Source: Tubiluchus corallicola (taxonomy: Eukaryota; Animalia; Priapulida). Taken from it: a stretch of 64,000 nucleotides of DNA. This document shows, one piece after another, positions 55,385-64,000 of the stretch. Position numbers and translations under genes: made by a program. The notes below the pieces were generated by a model. It ran no database searches, was not told the DNA's origin, and worked only from the letters and a program-made list of their open reading frames with translations. How positions within the stretch are numbered: position 1 is the stretch's first letter; each line of letters opens with the position of its first letter. The stretch spans positions 705,768-769,767 of the forward strand of contig JAQGDQ010000059.1 of the NCBI GenBank assembly GCA_030141605.1. Reading direction: 5' to 3'.

Positions 55385-57780
55385 TACATGTAAAATCTAT
55401 AAGCGGGTGACAACAATGCCTGGAACAGCCGCGAAATTTATATATACAGTGGATGTTCCAAATATCGTGCAGCACAGGGTGGTTAAAAAGTACTTTGAAA
55501 TACACCTTCCCGTTTCGTCCAATGGATATCTCTCCTAGGGAAACTTTCAACATTTTGTAGACCATTTCGTCCTCTTTCTGCGAGTGTGCTTGTTTTTTCC
55601 CAACAGGCCCAAACAGTTGCACAAATTGAGTTTTTCTAGAAGCTGTTTGAGCAGCTTTCTGCAAAATTTGCATGGTTGGGTCTGGGAAAATGCCTGTCAC
55701 GGTGCGCCAGTCTGGACCTCTCATTTGACGTATAGATCGTCAAGAATGGTGCAGTCGTCGGAGCTGTAGCGTCGTAGGTTATATATATATACACCCATAT
55801 ATGTGCATATATACATATATAAATAAATAAATAAATATTCTCAATATTCTCAATATTTATGACACTTGCTATCCATTGCTTGACTGTCCAACTTTTCAAT
55901 ATTTATAACGCTTGCTTTTATACCCATTGCGTGACTGTCCCACTTCTCAATATTTCTAACACCTACTTTTATATACCTTTTCAACACATCCTTGAATTTT
56001 AACCATTGTCCTCCTCTTCGCTTTACTTCTGTTTAAAGCTGACCATAAAAACAGCTTTTAGAATTCTATCGCCCTAATCCAAATCAGAGTGTTTTGAAAA
56101 AGAACTACTAAAAGCTATGCAATTAACGTTCGAGCTAGTTGCACATCACCAATTTTCACCCCACCTTAATGGTTTGACCCATTACGAAACGATTGCTTGT
56201 AATCACTGAATACGATCGCCGGCAGGTAATGGCTCAGTGGTTCACGGACACCGGGTCTGTAGACCAGTATGGGAGACGTAGGACAAATTTGCTGAAAGGT
56301 TTAACTCTAATTACAGCACGAACTTTATCGCAGAACTACTTAAACTATCACTGTCAATTCACTAGTTTAAGAAGTGGTATGATGTCGACGAAGTTCATAA
56401 CTGACAATCCACGGAACCTCACTCTCTACAGTAGTCTTCACAAGTGAGGTAAAACATGTTCCTAGTGTTTTGAAATGGGATGATGCTGTGCTTGGTTTTC
56501 GATGTTTTTACAGTCAGTGGATTTCTCGCTGTCTTCAGCAGTTTATTCCAATGATGTGCCTGCCACACATTTCTGGAATTGGCGCTCAACCAGTTCTTAG
56601 ACACTGAGCACTTCGTCATGTTTTTGAGGGTCAGCTGTTTTACATGATGGTTTAGAGTTAGCACTAGACGTACAGAGTACAGTTCTCTGATGGAACGTAA
56701 TTGTTGCGGAGCGTTCACAGTTCTCCTAACATCTGAGAAGTGGAGTTTAGCAAGGATTGTACGTAGGCTTCTTATTTTAATCAATATGTAGTGTCTTCAT
56801 AACCACGGAAGTTACCTATGTGGAATGCATTTCGTCGGGAAGATGTGAAAACCAGTATGAATTTTTTGGATCACCTGTAGCCGCCGCAGTTTTCTCGTGG
56901 ATATCCGCACTCAGGCTGGATGTGGCTGAATCTGGCCAGGACAGGGGCCAGCCATTCTCAGTCTTAATGGCATTCAAATTAAATCTTTCAGTAGGCATTA
57001 TACGCTTTTGTAATTTTCAAAATTCCTTTACTTCTTCTGGCTACATAATTCTGATTCTGAACGAACCATTATCTGAAGAGGACGGTAGTAGTGTACAGTG
57101 CCACTGATTTTCATCGCCACACCTCTACATCGTAATGGTTTGATCCATTACAAAGCTATTGCGTGTGGGCACGGAACACTTGGCATAAAATCATTCCCAA
57201 GTAATGGTCATGTGGTTTAGTAGCAGCACAGTCAGGTGTGTCTACCACTCAACGCCCACTCCACAGACCAATAATTGCCGAAGAAGGTTTAATTTCGATT
57301 TTGGCGTTTTTGCACGATTTTGAATAAACTTTACAACACGATGCAGCAACACGAGCTTCTATACAAGACTGCTTGGCCACCGTCAGTTTAATGTAGATAA
57401 TCATTCTTAATACTGTTAGTAAATTTTTATATTGAACCGTATCGAAAGGCATTGAAACCATGGAAAGATGGGAATTTTGCTGCTTTACTTTGTTGAACAA
57501 GCAGAGTTGCTGTATGTCACGTCTGAAAATCTCTCCCAATGGAGCTGTGCTGGGACACTCTGATGTCTCAGCCGAACAGTGAACTAAATACACCATGTAA
57601 TTATTTACAAACCGCCTTTTCCGCCGCCTGGAGACATTCCTACTGTGTTTTCCTGATTGATTTGACAGCTCTGATGGCATTAAATGCATTCCTTCAAATC
57701 TTGCATTACTTACTGTTCGCCGTTTCACCAATTTCGAGATTGTTCACTTGTCGTCGGCGAGTAAAACCAAAACGCTATTA
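55385..57780 (-). pseudogene. Decayed coding-like island of unknown family
   Basis: GC-richer than its flanks. It holds a cluster of minus-strand ORFs (160, 60, 121, 87, 114 aa), long frames broken by scattered stops, an internal diverged duplication, and a GTAAGT donor at ~55387. Confidence 0.35.
55845..55975. repeat. ~50-bp tandem repeat, ~2.5 copies
   Basis: TCAATATTT(A/C)T(G/A)AC...CCATTGC(T/G)TGACTGTCC units. Confidence 0.8.
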
Positions 57781-58143
57781 ATTGCGTTTAGGCAGGCCAT
57801 TCTGCTAACAATGAGTTTAATAGCGGTCGCTGACGTGTGGGAAGCCAAAATGACCTAGGAAACACACACAAGGCGTCCATCAAACAATGGAAACTATTCA
57901 AAAGGCATGGTTCTCACAGCCATAATGCATGTTGAATGTTGGCGCCTAGAATTACCCAAAATAAAATTTATTTTCCGCGCTTCTTTTACAGGAGTTAAGT
58001 AAAATTTTCCAAAAGCCCAAAAAACTCTCGTTGAATTTTTCTTTTTTGTCTCTAGATTGTTGTCAGTGCTTCTGTTACTGGCATTGGATTATTGGATAAT
58101 ATTGGCGTTCCAATTGTCTCAAATCTTATACGTATATGGTAAC

Positions 58144-58200
58144 GTAACTCAATGGTAGCGTAGCATGCTTTCACTCGAGAGGTCATGGGTTCCTTTCTCT
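58144..58200 (+). mobile_element. Decayed tRNA-like head (SINE or tRNA pseudogene remnant)
   Basis: GTAACTCAATGGTAG (A-box-like) ... GAGGTCATGGGTTCC (degenerate B-box); the acceptor stem cannot be formed. Confidence 0.3.
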
Positions 58201-61200
58201 GCTACATCATGCCAAAAGTTTAAAAATAGATTAGTCTGCCGTCGATCAAGCAGGATGATTGAACGTACAGGTATATTGAAAACAAACATTAAATACTCTA
58301 GGTGTTTCTCTGCAATGTTCTGTCATAAAATACTTATTATTGTTATTATTTATTTTTATAACTACTGACATTGATATGCTCATGTAAAAACTGGAATTAG
58401 GCGGCTTCCGGTGAGTGGGAAAACGATCACCTCATCGTTTGCAGCCCCATTAGTTTTTAATTGCTATAAACAATTTAAATAATTCAAAACTGACAAACTA
58501 GGGACGATTTAATTGTGTCCGAAATTTGTTTTAGAACACACAAACTGTAGGAAGGGAAATAATTCTTTTGTGCGAAAATAGCATGACATTATGTAAATCT
58601 TATGGGTGAAAATAGAAAATGGCGGTCAATTTCAATTAATTTAGTTTTTTGTATAAGGTAACAAATTCATTATTATCTTAGTTAGCGAGCATAAGAGATT
58701 ATGCTTTCTTAGCAAAAATAAAAATTTATTAATAAGTCTAACCGGGATTTGTACCCACAACCTTTGGAAACAGATCTTATTCACTAATTATTTGTTTCAG
58801 CAGCGCTTTCACGGCAATTACCTACCGTTTATATAGTGATGTGTACGTACCACTGCGTTAATAAACCTTCAGTGCATTTCCTTCTGCCAAACTCGTGCCA
58901 TCAATATTGTCAGATGGACGCAGCATGTCCACTACTAAAACTAATTGACTGAACTTATAGCCCGCATCATTTGACGGAGGCGAATATGTCTGCCTAACGA
59001 TCGTTATGGTGCAGGGGCATTTACATGCAAACATGCCTCTTCATTATTCTTGACTAGCTGTTACTGTTTTGTATTACTTCGTGTAAGATTTATCACCTAA
59101 GCCAGGTCGCTAGATGACGACTTTTAACAGTCATTTCTGTTTTAGTAAAAATTTCTTCACAAATAAATGAGATCGTTATTTTAGCGATTGCATAAAGATG
59201 GAGCCACCTTTGCTGTTGATTTGCGCTCGGATTGCAATCCTTTGTGCCTCTAGATAAGCTTGATCTGTTTGAGCAATAAAATCGAACCTTCTTAATCACC
59301 GAGAGGATATTATTGACGCCCGGAAATCTTCCTACCAATCAACGGTTTCACATTTTAGCTTTTGATTGAGTATTGAATTCTTTATGGAAGCATGTAATGC
59401 ACTCATTGCTGCCTCCCCGTCAGTTGCGCAGCTATTAATTATCTGCACAAGTTAGTGTAATTGATATACATTGATTGGCACAGTTATGAAGCCACTTGCT
59501 GAATCATTGCATTGGCTGGAATATTAGATAACCGTAAGAAGATAATGGTCAAGTAATGGCCTGTTATTACGAGTCTGGCTGGTTATTTCTGCCTTTTATG
59601 TAAACACTGCTTCACTGAGCGTGGCTGCAATCAAATCCGTGTCTGGTGCATATAAGGTCTACATGGAAGACAGACCCTGTATTAGGCAGAATAAACATGT
59701 TTTAGAGCAGATTTTATTGCCCAGTGTTGATATAAGCTGGCTGAAGATAAGATACAGAAATACTCTAGTATTGTTTTACCTGACTTCAATTTTAGTTCGT
59801 GTAACTAATTTTCACATCTTATAGCTTCTGTATAACATGAAGCAAACTGTAAACTTTTTGAAGCGCACAATCTTAATTTAAAGTGTTTAACGTGACTAAT
59901 AGTCAAGTGCCACAAGGCAACGAAGAAAAGTGCCAGACAATCAGACATTTAAATGGCCCGACCTAATTATTACAATGAACAGAGACAATTGTTCCTTGTT
60001 GTCCACAACAAAAAGTTTTGTGCATGTCACTAAGTCAAGTTCAAGCATCTTAATTGCAATACTACGGTTAACGGTCAATTTGAAAGGTGCTAAGCAAATT
60101 CAAACATCGTCTTTGTTTTTGCACGGAGCTTTTCCAAGTTTTGCCAATCAAATAGTTAAATTTTAAGATAAAATGTGACGCAGTAGTTTACAATACCATC
60201 TAGCCCTAATGTGGCCAATCAATCAGCTTTTGTTTTTTCACCAAAGAGTTTAATGGCAAAAAACCATCAACTTATAGACTTAAACCTTCGGACTATATGT
60301 TTAGTTTTCGTTTTTTAATTCAATTAATCACTGCATTTAGAGATCTAGTGCTACTTTTAATGGTATCGAACTTGATTAAAGTCACAAAATTAAAATTAGG
60401 TTTCCTACCTTGCTATACCATTACGAAATAAAACAGAGACCGCATTAATGGGACCACATTAAACTATAAAACACTCTATGCTATGAAGGACATAGCATGT
60501 CCTTAATCAAGGTATATTAATAAGGACACAACATAGCATGAAATTTGCACATAGCAATATCGACTAGTTTATAATCTTAAGGTTATGACCGTATGCAAAT
60601 ACCGTGCAGCTCATTTCTGATCTTAACTCTCAGGCGGTTTCCAAGTGATTTCTCATTTCTCTTTAAGCATATACTGCCAGGCTTATTTTGCTTATTACAG
60701 TACTAGAAATCGTACAGATCTCAGGTTCGTGTACAACGCTGCACCAGGATTTTCATGTCAGATACTGAGACATAATTGGTGCAGTCACAATTTTCTCTGG
60801 GAAACATCTGTTCTCAAGTTTTTAAAGCAAAACAGGACTATTTTTCATATCCTACCCCATTTTGAAGTACGGCAAAGTGTACAATGCCAAAGCATCCCTA
60901 GGTTAAAAAGTTAATTAACGGCGGGCCATCTGAGCTAGTTATGACATCAATTTTTAACAGCAAAAACATTCCATGAACGTGTTGCACGTCTTTGCAGAAA
61001 CGCAAATTGATGTATAGTGCTACTGCACAACATTCTGTGTAATATATAAAAACTTAGCAAATTGTAAGATAAAAATTGAAATTTTAAATTTACCGCTGTG
61101 CTCACGCATGAGCTCTCGAACGTGTGTATTATATCACAAACGAACAGCTGCGAACTAGAGGTACAGCGCCTTTTTTCATACAATACGTTTCCGAAATGCA

Positions 61201-63799
61201 GGTGCTAGTGCCCATCTAACTAACGAAATGCTTTCCATGCGACCTGTAAATAAATCAGATGCAAATAGGGACAAGCCTAACTCAAATCCTGCACCATAAT
61301 CCTGATCCCAACTTATATTTTGTTGAGTGTATGCTATTTGCTGGGTACTATGTTGAACGACAGTGTTACTTTTTCTTTTGTTGCTTTAGCAGCTACGCGG
61401 TGTTATAAAAATTGCCGCTAAATATTGCTTCCCAATTAAGCTATTTATCTTCAGGCATCTCGCATCGATAGAGTGATAAATAGATTTCTTCAAAACAAAA
61501 GGCGAGCTTTTTATTAAATAATGTTAGGCTTTGTGATAATAAATTGTTTCCTTTGAGAAACTGTAGTGAAGACAAATTGGATGAAATTACGCGTGAAGAG
61601 AAATCTTGAACCGGCAGTACCAAAAATTTAAACTTGAGGTGATGTATAAGTAAACTGCTAACCAATTAGCAATAAAGCAAAAAAACGAATGTATAAGCAT
61701 TAAACAGAATCCAGTGTACAAGCTAATTCAGAATTATTTGTTTCAAAGCAAGTTAAACGGTGTTATATCAGGAGAATAACTGGATAGTCTACTAAAAATG
61801 GCTTTCGTGCTTTAATTAAGCATCAGTAATAAAGCTCAGTGAATTAAGTTACATAGTTACAGTATAGTTTCTGTGAAACGTTATCAACTCTTTTATGTAG
61901 ACTTATGGTTATACAGCTTCCACTTATAAAAATAGACGAGTAAGTAGCCGTTGCCCGCGAATAAATTGTTGTTTAAATCGTTTTTCATCGCGTTTGCACG
62001 GTTTCACGAAAATTGTACCTAGAAAATTTAAATTTGCTGCTATTACGTGTATCAAGCGAAAGCATGACAGCATGTAAATCATTTATTTAAAAGTGGTTGA
62101 TAAACGGATCATAGCCTCATAGGTATTTAATTTCCCTAAAAATGTATATTAGGAGAATTTTGGCCCAAGTAATGGATGACCTCTAGAGTCACATATCGAT
62201 ACCTAAGCTTTCGTATACAGTTCGGTACTTCATAATGGCAATTTTTCGTCATTTTCTTCACCTTATACCTCTTATTTTATAAAGAACGAGACCGTGGAGC
62301 CGATGCTGATAATGGTTGGATAGCTCGTTCATTGGTGGGTTTAGTAGTCCTATTTAGATTCTGAGGCAGTCCCACTCCAGCCCCTTGGATTTTCAGTTCT
62401 CTGAAAAGAGAAGGAACTGGGCTACACTACAGTGTGGGGTCACTTTCTTAAGCACTTCCATTATAGCCCAAAAGAACGCTATAAATACAAGTTCTCTTCT
62501 TGCGATTTTCTCACTGGGGCAAGAATAGAGCGAAACTCATTCTTAGTGACGTTATGCATTACATTCTGTTACAGACTGGATGTTAAAGTATATCCCAAAA
62601 AAATTTCCATACAAATTTTTATTACTTAGCATTACGCATACCTGTTTGAAAGACTTACGTAAGTGTAAGTGAAAATGATAATTGATAATAACGTAAAATG
62701 TTCGCGCACTCATCCCGAGAGTTTAAATTACAGTTTTTTAGTACTAATTTTATACGGCTAACTCAATCCTGTATGTACCAAAACAGCACGTAGGTTTGAG
62801 TGATATAAAATTTCAAGACGAATTTTTAAGCTCTATTTATGAAGAGTGTTTTCTCGCAGTTTAATTAAGTTTATATCTTGTAAGAGTTGATCATTACGAG
62901 AGCAGTAAGTAAACTATGCAGAATGTTCGCGCATTATTGATCATTGGTCGATGGGTGTGGTGTGGTGTGGGCGGCTTGGTGTGGATTGATATTGTGGAAC
63001 AGTATGCAAAAGTTTTTGCGGATTTTGGCTAGTTCGCTTACTAGCATAAACCACATGAACGTAAAGCATGAATAAACAGTCATTTAAAAGTGAGCTATTA
63101 TTTTTACCTACCAGTGTGACACAACTGCTGCACAGCGGCTTTCGTGCACAAACGAAGAAATCACTGAGCCCTTGATTTTCGGAAGAGATTGTTTTCTACT
63201 TTTGCAGTATCTCTGAGCCTAAAATCTCTCCTGTTTTTAATCTTTTAATCAATTGCCGTAATGGACGCACGGAACATAAAGCAGAAACAATAATTACACT
63301 CTGCTTGCATGGCACCTTCAGTGAAGAACTGCTTTTGCATGATTCGCAATCTGGTTTCTCCCACGAAATAATACCAACTACTACTTAAACTTAATTTGTG
63401 CCGTGTTAATCACTTGTGTGATTGTTTTAATATTTTTGCACTTTTACACGTCTGAATATTATTGCAGTGTTTACATTGTTTCGTATAATCAACGTCAGAC
63501 AAGTTTTTATGCATTTGACAACTTTTTAACATGTAACATTAGAGTGGGCATATAATATATAACATTTAAAAGCAGTGGTAGTAGTAGTAATAGAAATGTT
63601 TCTATATGTTGTAACCGTTTGCGTAAAAAAGACTAGTAAATCCTTGTTGAAGGAACTATGAAAACACTACAATTCATCACGCCAATGTATGCTAACCTGT
63701 TCTTCTAATAATACAATATTAACAAACCGGTACTGGTCAGCTGATTTTTTTTCCGGAAATAGTCAACCGGAAATACGTCATTTAAAGCCCAGTGGAAAT

Positions 63800-64000
63800 A
63801 CAAATGACAAACGTGTTACTTTAAATACAGCTAGAGGATCCAAGTTATATAAACACAGGAAAAATTATACAAACCTACGGTCATTGTCATTGCTGCTTCT
63901 ATTTCTCGCTTTGTACACGTGACTATAGAAATCCTGGCCCAATTTTTCGATAAGGTGGAAAGGCTGGAGAGGGTCAGAAATTACCAAAAATGATTAGGCG
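63800..64000 (+). mobile_element. Decayed CR1-type LINE fragment running off the window
   Basis: KVERLERV...TKMI remnant resembles the CR1 ORF2 C-terminal D...LERVQRRATK.I motif. Confidence 0.35.

Noticed and set aside
58144-58775. Functional tRNA genes (tRNA-like boxes at ~58144 on + and ~58742 on -)
   Set aside because: No complete cloverleaf can be folded; at best these are decayed SINE heads

Overview
This is AT-rich, intron-rich eukaryotic DNA, most likely from an invertebrate animal, so most entries in the ORF track are exon fragments or noise. Two spliced genes were reconstructed by hand with phase-consistent GT-AG junctions. (1) A mitochondrial 2-oxoglutarate/malate carrier (SLC25A11-like) lies on the minus strand, with 8 coding exons from 9822 down to 1836; its 3' end is left of the window. 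(2) A complete thioredoxin domain-containing protein 11 (TXNDC11-like) gene lies on the plus strand, with 13 coding exons from 10255 to 41545 (888 aa) and a ~19 kb last intron. The two genes are head-to-head, with 432 bp between the start codons. The rest is intronic or intergenic DNA with a non-autonomous hAT element (perfect 8-bp TSD), several MITE/foldback/Helentron-like elements, decayed LINE fragments, tRNA-like SINE heads and long GA, TA and CCACA microsatellites. There is also a decayed coding-like island at ~55.3-57.8 kb and a probable promoter/first non-coding exon at ~45.2 kb. I found no CRISPR array, rRNA, intact tRNA or clearly new multi-gene system. The best leads are a possible nested antisense unit in the large TXNDC11 intron, an in-frame stop-free intron, a second TXNDC11 start codon and the decayed duplicated module near 56-57 kb.
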